From assembly GCA_033763455.1 (NCBI GenBank), contig JANRKO010000023.1:32001-96000 (forward strand): a stretch of 64,000 nucleotides of DNA. Direction: 5' to 3'. Below, in pieces: positions 10,108 to 19,371 of the stretch (positions are counted from its first letter, which is position 1; every line of letters begins with the position of its first letter). The position numbers and the translations under genes are program-made. Source of the stretch: Polyangiaceae bacterium. GTDB lineage: Bacteria > Myxococcota_A > Polyangia > Polyangiales > Polyangiaceae. A model generated the notes under the pieces. It was not told the DNA's origin, did no database searches, and saw only the letters and a list, made by a program, of their open reading frames with translations.

Positions 10108-11550
10108 ATGGGTCGACCCAAATTTAAAGTTGCAGATTTATCACTCGCGGAGCTCGGTAGAAAAGAGATCCGCCTCGCCGAACAAGAGATGCCTGGGCTC
10201 ATGGCCCTCCGCAAAACCTACGGTGACAAAGCCCCCCTGCGTGGCGTCAAGGTTGCTGGCTCCTTGCACATGACGGTGCAAACGGCCGTATTGATCGAAA
10301 CCCTTACCGCACTCGGCGCTGACGTGCGTTGGGCATCGTGCAACATCTTCAGCACTCAAGACAGCGCTGCGGCAGCCGTCGCAGTGGGCCCTAAAGGCAC
10401 CGTTGAGAACCCACAGGGGGTTCCGGTGTTCGCTTGGAAAGGCGAAACGCTCGAGGAGTATTGGTGGTGCACCGAAGAGATGCTCACCTGGCCAGACGGC
10501 TCCGGCCCCACGCAGATTGTAGATGATGGCGGCGACGCCACGCTTCTTATCGTGAAGGGTGCCGAGTACGAACGCGCCGGAAAAATCCCCGAGTTCGACC
10601 CCGCCAATGACCCCGCTGAGTGGGGCATTATTTTGGACGTAATGCGGAAAACCGCCAAAACAGAGCCGAAAAAGTGGAGCCGCTTCGCTGAAATGTGCCG
10701 CGGCGTGAGCGAGGAAACAACCACCGGCGTGCATCGCCTGTACGAGATGCAGAAGAAGGGCACCCTGCCCTTCCCCGCTATCAACGTGAACGACTGCGTG
10801 ACCAAGAGCAAGTTTGACAACCTGTACGGCTGCCGCCACTCGCTCATCGACGGCATTAACCGCGCCTCGGACGTCATGCTCGGCGGAAAGGTCGCCGTGG
10901 TTTGTGGTTATGGCGATGTTGGTAAGGGTTGTGCGCAATCGCTTCGCGGCCAAGGCTGCCGAGTGATCGTCACCGAGATTGACCCCATCTGCGCGCTCCA
11001 GGCTGCGATGGAAGGCTACGAAGTGAAGACGCTAGAAGATGTGGTAAGCTCAGCGGATATCTTCGTTACCTGCACGGGCAACAAAGACATCATCACCGTC
11101 GCCCACATGCAAAAGATGAAAGATAAGGCCATTGTGGGCAATATCGGCCATTTCGATAACGAGATCGACATCGCTGGGCTCACCAAGCTAAGCGGCGTTG
11201 AACGCATTCGCATCAAAGATCAGTTTGACGAATGGCGTTTTGCAGACGGCCACAGCATTCTAATGCTCGCCGAAGGCCGCCTCTTGAATCTCGGCTGCGC
11301 CACAGGCCACCCGAGCTTCGTCATGAGCACCTCATTTTCGAATCAGGTATTGGCACAGCTCGAGCTTCACCAGAACCAGGCAAAATACCGCAACGAAGTC
11401 TACGTGCTGCCCAAGCACTTGGACGAAATGGTGGCACGCCTGCATCTCGATAAGCTCGGCGTTAAGCTAACCACCCTCACGAAGTCGCAGGCGGACTACC
11501 TCGGCCTCGCGGTGGAAGGCCCCTACAAGCCCGAACACTACCGCTACTGA
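10108..11550 (+). CDS. ahcY: Adenosylhomocysteinase
   Basis: [56 protein letters not shown]. Confidence 0.98.
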   Translation: MGRPKFKVADLSLAELGRKEIRLAEQEMPGLMALRKTYGDKAPLRGVKVAGSLHMTVQTAVLIETLTALGADVRWASCNIFSTQDSAAAAVAVGPKGTVENPQGVPVFAWKGETLEEYWWCTEEMLTWPDGSGPTQIVDDGGDATLLIVKGAEYERAGKIPEFDPANDPAEWGIILDVMRKTAKTEPKKWSRFAEMCRGVSEETTTGVHRLYEMQKKGTLPFPAINVNDCVTKSKFDNLYGCRHSLIDGINRASDVMLGGKVAVVCGYGDVGKGCAQSLRGQGCRVIVTEIDPICALQAAMEGYEVKTLEDVVSSADIFVTCTGNKDIITVAHMQKMKDKAIVGNIGHFDNEIDIAGLTKLSGVERIRIKDQFDEWRFADGHSILMLAEGRLLNLGCATGHPSFVMSTSFSNQVLAQLELHQNQAKYRNEVYVLPKHLDEMVARLHLDKLGVKLTTLTKSQADYLGLAVEGPYKPEHYRY

Positions 11551-11603
11551 GAGTCGCAGCGGTGTAGCCAGAAGGCCTACGAAGTTGCGTAGCCAGAAGG
11601 CGA

Positions 11604-11646
11604 GAGAGAGCCGAGTCAAACCGAGTGTTTGCTCGGCTTTTTCTTT
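11604..11646 (+). terminator. Probable rho-independent terminator after ahcY
   Basis: AGAGCCGAG-TCAAAC..GTTTG-CTCGGCTTT stem followed by TTTTTCTTT. Confidence 0.65.
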
Positions 11647-11701
11647 GGTCGCAGCGGCCATCTCGACAGCCCCGAGCCACCCGGGGTAGAGGGGGGCCCC
11701 T

Positions 11702-12940
11702 ATGGCCAACAAGCTTTTCATCGAGAACGTCGACGTTACGGGCAAGCGCGCGCTAGTTCGCGTGGATTTCAACGTGCCACTCAAGGATGGCGTGGTCGAG
11801 AACGACAAGCGCATCCAAGAGTCGCTACCCACCATCAAGTACCTGTGTTCCAAGGGTGCGAAGGTGATCCTCATGTCGCACCTCGGTCGTCCGGATGGTG
11901 AAAGGAAGCCGGAGCTCAGCCTGCGGCCAGTGGCCAAGGCACTCTCGGCGCTGTTGGGGGCCGAGGTTGCCTTCGTCGAAGAATGCGTAGGCGCGGCCGC
12001 AGAAGCCGCTGTCAACAAGCTCTCGGCGGGAAGCGTCCTCTTGCTAGAGAACGTTCGCTTTCATTGGGAGGAAGAATACATCGACAAGCCGGGCAAGGAG
12101 GATCCCACCAAAGAGGCAGCGGCCAACGAGTTTGCACGCAAGTTGGCAACGCTCGGAGATCTCTACATCAATGATGCTTTTGGTACGGCTCACAGGAAGC
12201 ATGGCTCGACCGCCCGCATCACAGCGTTTCTAAAACCTGCAGCTGCCGGTTACTTGATGAAAAAGGAATTGGATTATTTGGGTGGAGCCCTCACCGAACC
12301 CAAACGGCCGTTCGTGGCTGTGATTGGCGGCTCCAAGGTGTCCAGCAAGCTTAAGGTGCTCGAAAGCCTGCTACCCCGCGTGGATAAGCTGCTGATTGGT
12401 GGCGGCATGACGTACACGTTCTTGAAAGCAAAGGGCCTGGAAGTGGGCAATTCTATTTGCGAGCTCGACCAGGTGGAAAAGGCGCAAAAACTGCTCGCCT
12501 CGGCTCCGGATAAGATCGTATTGGGGGAAGATTTTGTGGTCACCGAAAAGTTGGATTTCGACGCACGCACGGTTTCGCCTACCAAGGTTGTTCCCCAGAA
12601 TGGAATCGCTGCAGGCTGGGAAGCGGTCGATATTGGGCCAGCTTCCACTGAGAAGTTTTCGTCCATCATCGCCAGCGCCAAGACGGTTTTGTGGAACGGC
12701 CCCGTAGGCGTCTTCGAGATCGATGCGGCGGCACGTGGCACAATCGCCGTAGCCGAAGCCATGGCACGCGCAACCGCCGCTGGTGCCACCACCGTCGTTG
12801 GTGGCGGCGATTCAGCCTCTGCCGTGAAGAAAGCCAAAGTGGCCGACAAGGTTTCGCACGTCTCCACGGGCGGCGGCGCCTCGCTTGAGTTCCTCGAGAG
12901 CTTCTCGCTTGTCGGCGTAGAAGCCCTTTCGAACGCCTGA
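11702..12940 (+). CDS. pgk: Phosphoglycerate kinase
   Basis: RVDFNVPL, SHLGRP, NDAFGTAHR, WNGPVGVFE, VSTGGGASLE. Confidence 0.98.
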   Translation: MANKLFIENVDVTGKRALVRVDFNVPLKDGVVENDKRIQESLPTIKYLCSKGAKVILMSHLGRPDGERKPELSLRPVAKALSALLGAEVAFVEECVGAAAEAAVNKLSAGSVLLLENVRFHWEEEYIDKPGKEDPTKEAAANEFARKLATLGDLYINDAFGTAHRKHGSTARITAFLKPAAAGYLMKKELDYLGGALTEPKRPFVAVIGGSKVSSKLKVLESLLPRVDKLLIGGGMTYTFLKAKGLEVGNSICELDQVEKAQKLLASAPDKIVLGEDFVVTEKLDFDARTVSPTKVVPQNGIAAGWEAVDIGPASTEKFSSIIASAKTVLWNGPVGVFEIDAAARGTIAVAEAMARATAAGATTVVGGGDSASAVKKAKVADKVSHVSTGGGASLEFLESFSLVGVEALSNA

Positions 12941-13130
12941 TCAGTCAGCGGCGAGAAGTCCGCTGGTGTACGCGAACATAGTCACGACGCTCTATGCGCG
13001 TGTGCGCTCATGGAGCGTCGTGACTATCGCAAAACGCACGGAAAGAGCTGCGCCTCGGTTAGCCCGGGGCCGTGCGGCAGACTCAGCTAGAACCGCGGCG
13101 CCTTGGGCCGTAGCCGAGACACCTTCACTT

Positions 13131-15188
13131 TCACGGCCCCACACTCTTCGCACACCGAAACCCAATGCCATGGCTTACCGCTGTGGGCACGTTTGCGTAG
13201 CGAAATGACGGGCGAAGCCAGGACACCATTGAGCCGTTCCATGAGCCGCCACGAATTACTCGCCGCTCACCCGAGGCGGGGCCTGTGGGGTTCTTCTTGT
13301 CGGTGGGATCGTAGTCCACATACCAATCTGCAACCCATTCCCACACGTTGCCCACTACGTCGTAAGGGCCGAAGCGGGAGCGACCTTTGGGGAATTTGCC
13401 GACCGGCGCGGTAGTTGGGAAACCATCATCGCCAGCATAAAGCGCTTCGAGCGGCTGCTTGTTCGCCTTGCCCCAAGCGACACACTCGGCGCCGCAAGCA
13501 TTTAAGTGCTCGGGCGTGGGAGCCTCATCCCCCCACGGATAAACGCGGCCATCGGGACCGCGTGTAGCGTATTCCCATTCTGCTTCCGTGGGCAAACGTT
13601 TGCCCTCTGCCCTGCAGAAGGTATCCGCCTGCTGCCAATCGACGCAGTTGATCGGATGGTCCGTCTTGGCGGGATCGGTGATGGTACAGAGCGCTGAATA
13701 GGTCTCTTTATCGTGGGGTGTGATGTTGGGCCACTCCACCTCCGTGTGCGCGCGCTTGCATTTTCCAGAATCCGAACAGGCTTTGTATTTTGCGGCCGTT
13801 ACCTCGTAAAGATCAATGCAATAGGCCGCGAGTTGCACGTTGTGGGCGGGCTTTTCATTGGCCGGAGCGTCTTTTACGTCTGAGCCCTGGAAGTATTGCC
13901 CGGCTGGGATTTCGGCCATTCCGTCTGGACAGCTCGGCTTGGCTTCGGCCGCTGCAACCGCTGCGGATGGCGTGGCAGATGGCGGCTGTGTTGCCGCAAC
14001 AGATTCAGGTGCTGGCGCCGAACCACGCGTTGCGAAGTAGCCACCAGCCCCCGCAACCACGACAGCCAACCCAAGCCCAACCATCAAACCCGTCTTGCTT
14101 TTGCCTTCGCCCGTTGACGCACCGTGGGTGCTTACCGTGGAAGGTGTGCCTGTCGGTAGGCGGCTACCGGTAGTGCGATCGAGTAATGCCGCCGGAGCAA
14201 GCTCCGTTGCCGCAAACGTGTGATGGGTGACTGCCGCCGGAGACGCAACCTGATTGGCGCAAGCCTGAAGCAGCGCATCCGAGAACTCTTTGGCACGAGC
14301 GAAGCGTTCCCCAGGATTCACGGCCAACGCCTTGGCAAATACCGCTTCCACGGCGTCTGGCACGCTCAGCCCGAGGCTGCGCGGAGTGGGCCGCCGTTCG
14401 GGATTTCCAGAGGCAAAACCCAACTGCACGATATCCTCCCCGTCCAGGCACGAGCGGCGAGTGAGCAGCTCCACACCCACCAAAGCGAGAGCAAACACGT
14501 CTGTCCAAGGGCCGGTGGCGCCGTAGGAACGGCTGAATTGCTCGGGAGCGCCGTAGTGCGGAGTGAAGCTGGTGACGCTCATGCCCGTTTTAGCCAACGC
14601 CGCCTTAAGCTCAGTGTTTTCGTTCATCATCTTAGCGACGCCAAAATCCAAGATCTTCACGACGGAACTGGGCGAGCGCTCCTGCCCGCCGAGCACGAAC
14701 AAATTTGCGGGCTTGATGTCTCGATGCGCGATGCCCTTGCCGTGGGCTACATCGAGCGCGCTACAAACCTGGCTCATCAGCTGAGCCACTTCGCCCAGGC
14801 TCCAAGGCGCTCGCCCTTGAGCACGCTCGCGTTCGAGGAGCTCATCCAGCGCGAGCCCATCCAACCATTCCAACACCATGTAGGGCATCCAATCGCCCTC
14901 GGGGCTGGTGAAGGATGCAACGTCTCGCGCCTGTACAATGCCCGCGGTATGGCTGGAAAGCTCCGTGAGGAGCGCCCCCTCTTGAATGAACGCTTGTTGA
15001 AATTGATCGCGTTGATCGCGCGGCACATGCGAGAGCCCGTTGAAGAACTTGATGGCAACCGGTTTGTTCCAGATCGTGTGCTGGGCGCGGTAAACCACCG
15101 CGAACCCTCCCTCGCCAACGAGCTTCTCGACGCGGTACTTCTCCGCAATGGTGGTGCCAACAATGTTCAGTGGGTCTCGGTCGCTCAT
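13131..15188 (-). CDS. Membrane Ser/Thr protein kinase with C-terminal FGE-sulfatase (SUMF1-like) domain
   Basis: GEGGFA, VAIK, HRDIKPAN, DFG; TM helix GLMVGLGLAVVVAGAGGYF; RLPTEAEWEYA, GNVWEW, RGGSW, IGFRC. Confidence 0.93.
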   Translation of the reverse strand: MSDRDPLNIVGTTIAEKYRVEKLVGEGGFAVVYRAQHTIWNKPVAIKFFNGLSHVPRDQRDQFQQAFIQEGALLTELSSHTAGIVQARDVASFTSPEGDWMPYMVLEWLDGLALDELLERERAQGRAPWSLGEVAQLMSQVCSALDVAHGKGIAHRDIKPANLFVLGGQERSPSSVVKILDFGVAKMMNENTELKAALAKTGMSVTSFTPHYGAPEQFSRSYGATGPWTDVFALALVGVELLTRRSCLDGEDIVQLGFASGNPERRPTPRSLGLSVPDAVEAVFAKALAVNPGERFARAKEFSDALLQACANQVASPAAVTHHTFAATELAPAALLDRTTGSRLPTGTPSTVSTHGASTGEGKSKTGLMVGLGLAVVVAGAGGYFATRGSAPAPESVAATQPPSATPSAAVAAAEAKPSCPDGMAEIPAGQYFQGSDVKDAPANEKPAHNVQLAAYCIDLYEVTAAKYKACSDSGKCKRAHTEVEWPNITPHDKETYSALCTITDPAKTDHPINCVDWQQADTFCRAEGKRLPTEAEWEYATRGPDGRVYPWGDEAPTPEHLNACGAECVAWGKANKQPLEALYAGDDGFPTTAPVGKFPKGRSRFGPYDVVGNVWEWVADWYVDYDPTDKKNPTGPASGERRVIRGGSWNGSMVSWLRPSFRYANVPTAVSHGIGFRCAKSVGP

Positions 15189-15226
15189 CGTGCTCCTCGA
15201 ACTTACTAGGCGGCTTTGAGGTTACT

Positions 15227-16063
15227 TCAGATCGGCGAACTCTGGATACTCCCTGCGGTGGGTTCGGTCGCAGGCCCGAGCAGCGCGCCACGTGCTGCTA
15301 GATCGGCAAGCAGGCGAGCTACACCCTGGAGCTCTGACTCGGAGAGCGCAATGCCATGCGCGGAATACGCCTCGGTGAGCGCTTGGCCTAACGTTAACCG
15401 CTTCTGCAACAGGCCTCCCAAGATCTCGGCGGCCACGGGCGACAGCTCTAGGTAACGAACGTCATGCTCTGGACTTCGATAGACCAGTAGATGCGTGCGG
15501 GCAGCCTTGGGCTCCGAGCGATCCTCAATGTCAGCGCTAAGCTGGTGCACCGCGTATTCGTAGCGGACCAAGCGGCAAGCTTCGGTAAACCGCACCCCCC
15601 GTTCGAGCTCCAACCCCTCCGGCACCTCGGGGATAGGTGTATTCACCGCGGCCGCAACTTCAATTCTCAGGGACTCATGGCGCCCCAAATCGTGCGCCCA
15701 AGCGGGGATCCGCGCGTCCACCGGCCAAAGCGGTGCTACGAACGCGAGAAACTCGGGGGTCACGTCGCGCAGGTAGTGAGTGGCTGGTGCCTGTTCACTC
15801 AAAAAACGCTCGAAATATTCGTCAAACAAGCGCCCCAAACGTGCCACCAACCGAGGCATGCCGAGCTCCATCGCGTCACGGAGGGTGGCATGTATCAGGC
15901 GACGATATACGGCTATCTTTGGCATTTGTTGGCGTAGCTCTTCACGCTCTGCCTCCGCCAAATCTAGCTTGGCCAAAGCCGCTGCGACGGCGTCCGGATC
16001 AGTCGCGTCGAATTCGCGGCTAAATACCACGTGCTCAAACAGCGTTTCACGCGCTTCTTGCAC
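15227..16063 (-). CDS. DUF2063/HvfC-like MNIO partner protein
   Basis: AVYRRLI..L....P.L...LG..F...F..F....Y..D...EF..F....DL..HE and R.EY.VH patterns; GTG at 16063 with GGAG RBS overlaps the 3' end of the DUF692 gene. Confidence 0.75.
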   Translation of the reverse strand: MQEARETLFEHVVFSREFDATDPDAVAAALAKLDLAEAEREELRQQMPKIAVYRRLIHATLRDAMELGMPRLVARLGRLFDEYFERFLSEQAPATHYLRDVTPEFLAFVAPLWPVDARIPAWAHDLGRHESLRIEVAAAVNTPIPEVPEGLELERGVRFTEACRLVRYEYAVHQLSADIEDRSEPKAARTHLLVYRSPEHDVRYLELSPVAAEILGGLLQKRLTLGQALTEAYSAHGIALSESELQGVARLLADLAARGALLGPATEPTAGSIQSSPI

Positions 16064-16952
16064 GGCGTTCGCTCTCCCTTCGTGCGACGTGCATCGAAAG
16101 CGCCCGCTGATACACACCCTCGAGTTCGCTCACCTCCCGTACCAATTCCGGCAACGGTGGGACCTTGTTGTCACGCTCTAGCAAGACGGGCAAAGGCCCC
16201 GTTCGTTCAATCACCCACGTCAGAAGGTCACTCACACCGGGAACGACAGGAGCACCATGGGTGTCCACCAGCATGCCCCAAGAGGAGCTTTCGTGCCCGG
16301 CGATGTGCACCTCCACCACTTTCTCAAGTGGCAGTTTTCGGAGATAATCTAACGCTTCAAAACCGTGATTTCGGGCGTTCACGAACACGTTGTTCACATC
16401 CAACAACAGGCTCGCCCCACTTCTGTGGAGCAATTCACCGATAAAGTCCGCTTCCGGGATCTCTCCCGAGCCCGGCGCCGCATAATACGTAATGTTTTCA
16501 ATCACGATCGGTACATTCAAGTCGCCCTCTAGGCGCTGAATGCGTTCACTCGTGCGTGCCAACGAGGCTTTGGTAAAAGCCATCGGCAAAAGCTCATGTG
16601 TCATCCTTCCCCCCGTGTGAGAGAACGAAAGGTGATCAGAATGCCAAGGCGACTTCACGCGCTCAACTTCTGCGCAGAGTGCGCGTACGAAGCTCGGCTC
16701 CGGCTCGCGCATACTCCCTAAAGAGAGAGTAAGCCCGTGCGTTACCAACGCATAGCGCTCCCCCACTCGCTCCAGCACCTCCGGATAATAGCCCCCCCGC
16801 TGCATATAATTTTCTGGCGATACCTCCAGGAAAGCTAAGGCAAGCTGGGGCGCCTCCAGCAGCTCTTCGAGAAAATCCCAACGCAGGCCCAACCCCACTC
16901 CCGGTGGTAACCGGTGTTTTTCGGTGCCGCCCGAAGGAGTGAGGTTAGCCAT
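16047..16952 (-). CDS. DUF692 family multinuclear non-heme iron oxidative enzyme (MNIO; MbnB/TglH/ChrH/HvfB family)
   Basis: GVGLGLR, EVSPENY, HGLTLSLG, SDHL, IENI, LLDVNN, HIAGH, DTHG, LLERD metal-ligand motifs. Confidence 0.93.
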   Translation of the reverse strand: MANLTPSGGTEKHRLPPGVGLGLRWDFLEELLEAPQLALAFLEVSPENYMQRGGYYPEVLERVGERYALVTHGLTLSLGSMREPEPSFVRALCAEVERVKSPWHSDHLSFSHTGGRMTHELLPMAFTKASLARTSERIQRLEGDLNVPIVIENITYYAAPGSGEIPEADFIGELLHRSGASLLLDVNNVFVNARNHGFEALDYLRKLPLEKVVEVHIAGHESSSWGMLVDTHGAPVVPGVSDLLTWVIERTGPLPVLLERDNKVPPLPELVREVSELEGVYQRALSMHVARRESERRARSA

Positions 16953-16967
16953 GCGAGCAGCGAAACC

Positions 16968-17360
16968 TTAGCCGCAGGTTCCTGCCCCACAACCTGCTTT
17001 GGCGCCCGCCATCTTCTTCTTGGCAGGCTTCTTTGCGGGAGCTGCTGCCGCAGGCGCCGCATCCGCTGCTTCGCCTTCGGGCTTGGCTTCAGGTTTCGCT
17101 GCTGTGGCAGCGTCAGCCGCTGGCTTCTCTGTTGCCGACGCCGGTGCTTCCGGTGCGGCCTCGGCCGGCGCTTCGGGTGTGGCGGCATCAGCGGGTGCTT
17201 CTGGTGCGGCGGCGGCATCAGCGGCAGGGGCCTCGGCTGGGACCTCCGTGGCTTGAGCGGCGCTTTCGGGTGCAGGGGTAGCAGACCCACAGGCCACCAA
17301 GCCCGAAGCACTCAGAGCGGCCAAGGTTGCGGCAATCGCGGGAAATGAAAGTTTATGCAT
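16968..17360 (-). CDS. Lipoprotein RiPP precursor candidate with Ala/Pro/Glu/Lys tether and C-terminal CGAGTCG
   Basis: AAGGAG RBS; signal peptide with lipobox LVAC (Cys24); low-complexity linker; only two other Cys, both in the last 7 residues; first gene of the DUF692 operon. Confidence 0.8.
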   Translation of the reverse strand: MHKLSFPAIAATLAALSASGLVACGSATPAPESAAQATEVPAEAPAADAAAAPEAPADAATPEAPAEAAPEAPASATEKPAADAATAAKPEAKPEGEAADAAPAAAAPAKKPAKKKMAGAKAGCGAGTCG

Positions 17361-17388
17361 GATGACTAACTCCTTCTAACTCAATGGA

Positions 17389-17414
17389 TACGACCGAAGC
17401 GGCGCGGCGGATCA
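17389..17414 (-). promoter_or_regulatory. ECF-sigma-type promoter TGATCC-N16-CGTA
   Basis: Minus strand reads TGATCC (17414-17409) GCCGCGCCGCTTCGGT CGTA (17392-17389), 28 bp upstream of the precursor ATG. Confidence 0.6.
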
Positions 17415-17493
17415 GACTTTCTGGAAAGCCAACCACATCCGGGCAAGCGCATAAGGGTACGCCCATTCGCCACCAGAGTTACAGCCCCGAGCC

Positions 17494-19371
17494 TCAGCCA
17501 GGCCAGAGCGCTTCGCGCAGGCCCGAAACACGCCGAACTGGCCGCTCGACTGCCGCACGGAGACTGGCCCCGGCTCCGACAATGGTGACGCGCTTTTTGG
17601 CGCGGGTGACGCCCGTGTAAAGCAGCTCTCGGGTGAGCAAGGGAGAGGTGGCTTCCGGCAACACAAGAACCACGTGGTCAAACTCTGAGCCCTGACTCTT
17701 GTGAATGCTCATGGCGAACACCGTTTCGTGCGCCGGAAGCCGGCTGGGTGCCAGATCGCGCACCTTGCTGTCTTGCGCCAAAAAGTGCGCGCGGGGTGTA
17801 CCCCTCGCTGCCGTGGGCAGGACCACTCCGATATCTCCATTGAACAGCCCCACTTGGTAATCGTTGCGTGTGATGAGAATGGGCTGGTGAGCGTACCAGC
17901 GCCCGCTTCTCTGAATCATGCCTGCATGGCGAAGAATATCTTCGATGATGGGGCCAAGCGTGAGCACGCCGTAGGGGCCGCGCCGGTGAGCGCACAGCAC
18001 TCGGAATTCTTCGAGTGCCGAAAGCGCCGCGAGCGGCTCGGTGGCTTTGCAGAACGGCCGGTAACCGTCACGCACCGGCTTGGCGAGAGCTTTGGCGAGC
18101 CGTGCTGGGTCTGAAAGATCCACCCAAGAAACATCGGAGAACTCCTCAGCTTCCAGCACTTCGAGCGCACCCCCCACATTGCCCTCGCGGATGGCCGACG
18201 CCAAGTTCCCGATCCCGCTTTGCCCTTGAAACCGGTAGCTGCGTGTAAGCTCCACCACTGAATCGGACATGGGGGAGGCGCTACCCACACCTTTGGGCAA
18301 CTCACCCACAAACGGCAACAGTATATCGCGAAGGCCTGCCGAGTAGTTCAAGCTTCCCGCCCCGGCCGAGATGTCCCCCAGCACGGCACCTGCCTCTACG
18401 GAAGCCAATTGGTGGCGATCTCCCATCAATACAAGCCGCGCATTCAGCGGTACGGCCTCCACCAAGCGACGCATCAAAGCCACGTCCACCATGGAAGCTT
18501 CGTCGACCACCACCGCGTCTACGGGGAGTGGATTCTCTCGATTGTAGCGAAAATCCGTGGAGCTCCCACCGATGCTTCCTAAGGCTCGATGGATGGTGGA
18601 AGCATCCTCCGGGATGAGAGCTTGGATGTCTGCGTCTACCGGAAGGGCGGCTTTGGCTCGCTGTACTGATCCCACCAGCCGTGCGGCCGCTTTGCCGGTG
18701 GGGGCGAGCAATTTCACCGCAAACTGGGCGTTATTCTGGCGCCGCGCTTGCTCGGCCCACAGCGCCAACACCTTCACCACTGTTGCCGTTTTGCCGGTGC
18801 CGGGGCCACCCGTGATCACTAAGAGCGGCTGAAGGCTTGCGAGCACGGCCGCCAACCGTTGCCTATCGAGCTCCGCGCCTATCGGACCAAACAAACGATC
18901 GACCTGGGCGCGTTCGAGCACTCCGTGGTTCGTTGTACCGCGCGAGGCCACCCGTGCTTGGAGCATTTCCGCCAGACGCTGTTCGTGTTCAAAATAACGC
19001 CTCAAATAGAGCCGTGTACCTTGCAGCACGAAAGGCGTCCGGGCCGCGGCATCTCCGACGAGCGGCGAAGAGTTAAGAGCCGAGTGCCACACTTCCGAAG
19101 TGGGCCACCGAAAGGCTTTGGCCCAGAGATCAAGACTGGCCCAACGGGCATCCGCTAAGCTCTGCCCCTCGGGATCGAAGATGGGCGTGCCGGCAAACTC
19201 AGTAAGATCCAAACAGACGTGGCCCTCGCGTGTTTGGCGGCTCGCCAGGGCCAGGGCCAACAAAACGGGCTCGGTCACGCCATCCACGAGCTTGGCCAAC
19301 GCTTTGGCGCAATGAAGATCTAGCGAAGAAAAATATCCGCTTCTGGCGAGCTGCTCCAACACCTGGCTCAT
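17494..19371 (-). CDS. recD: Exodeoxyribonuclease V alpha subunit
   Basis: GHVCL, LYLRRY, GGPGTGKT, VDEASMVD, QLASVEAG, SIHKSQGSEF, ELLYTGVTRA. Confidence 0.96.
   Translation of the reverse strand: MSQVLEQLARSGYFSSLDLHCAKALAKLVDGVTEPVLLALALASRQTREGHVCLDLTEFAGTPIFDPEGQSLADARWASLDLWAKAFRWPTSEVWHSALNSSPLVGDAAARTPFVLQGTRLYLRRYFEHEQRLAEMLQARVASRGTTNHGVLERAQVDRLFGPIGAELDRQRLAAVLASLQPLLVITGGPGTGKTATVVKVLALWAEQARRQNNAQFAVKLLAPTGKAAARLVGSVQRAKAALPVDADIQALIPEDASTIHRALGSIGGSSTDFRYNRENPLPVDAVVVDEASMVDVALMRRLVEAVPLNARLVLMGDRHQLASVEAGAVLGDISAGAGSLNYSAGLRDILLPFVGELPKGVGSASPMSDSVVELTRSYRFQGQSGIGNLASAIREGNVGGALEVLEAEEFSDVSWVDLSDPARLAKALAKPVRDGYRPFCKATEPLAALSALEEFRVLCAHRRGPYGVLTLGPIIEDILRHAGMIQRSGRWYAHQPILITRNDYQVGLFNGDIGVVLPTAARGTPRAHFLAQDSKVRDLAPSRLPAHETVFAMSIHKSQGSEFDHVVLVLPEATSPLLTRELLYTGVTRAKKRVTIVGAGASLRAAVERPVRRVSGLREALWPG

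Noticed and set aside
11564..11601. 13-bp direct repeat GTAGCCAGAAGGC x2 after ahcY
   Set aside because: Real but only two copies next to a terminator; most simply a local duplication.
13131..13930. Active formylglycine-generating enzyme or DGR target
   Set aside because: Catalytic Cys pair absent; no reverse transcriptase or template repeat seen in the window.
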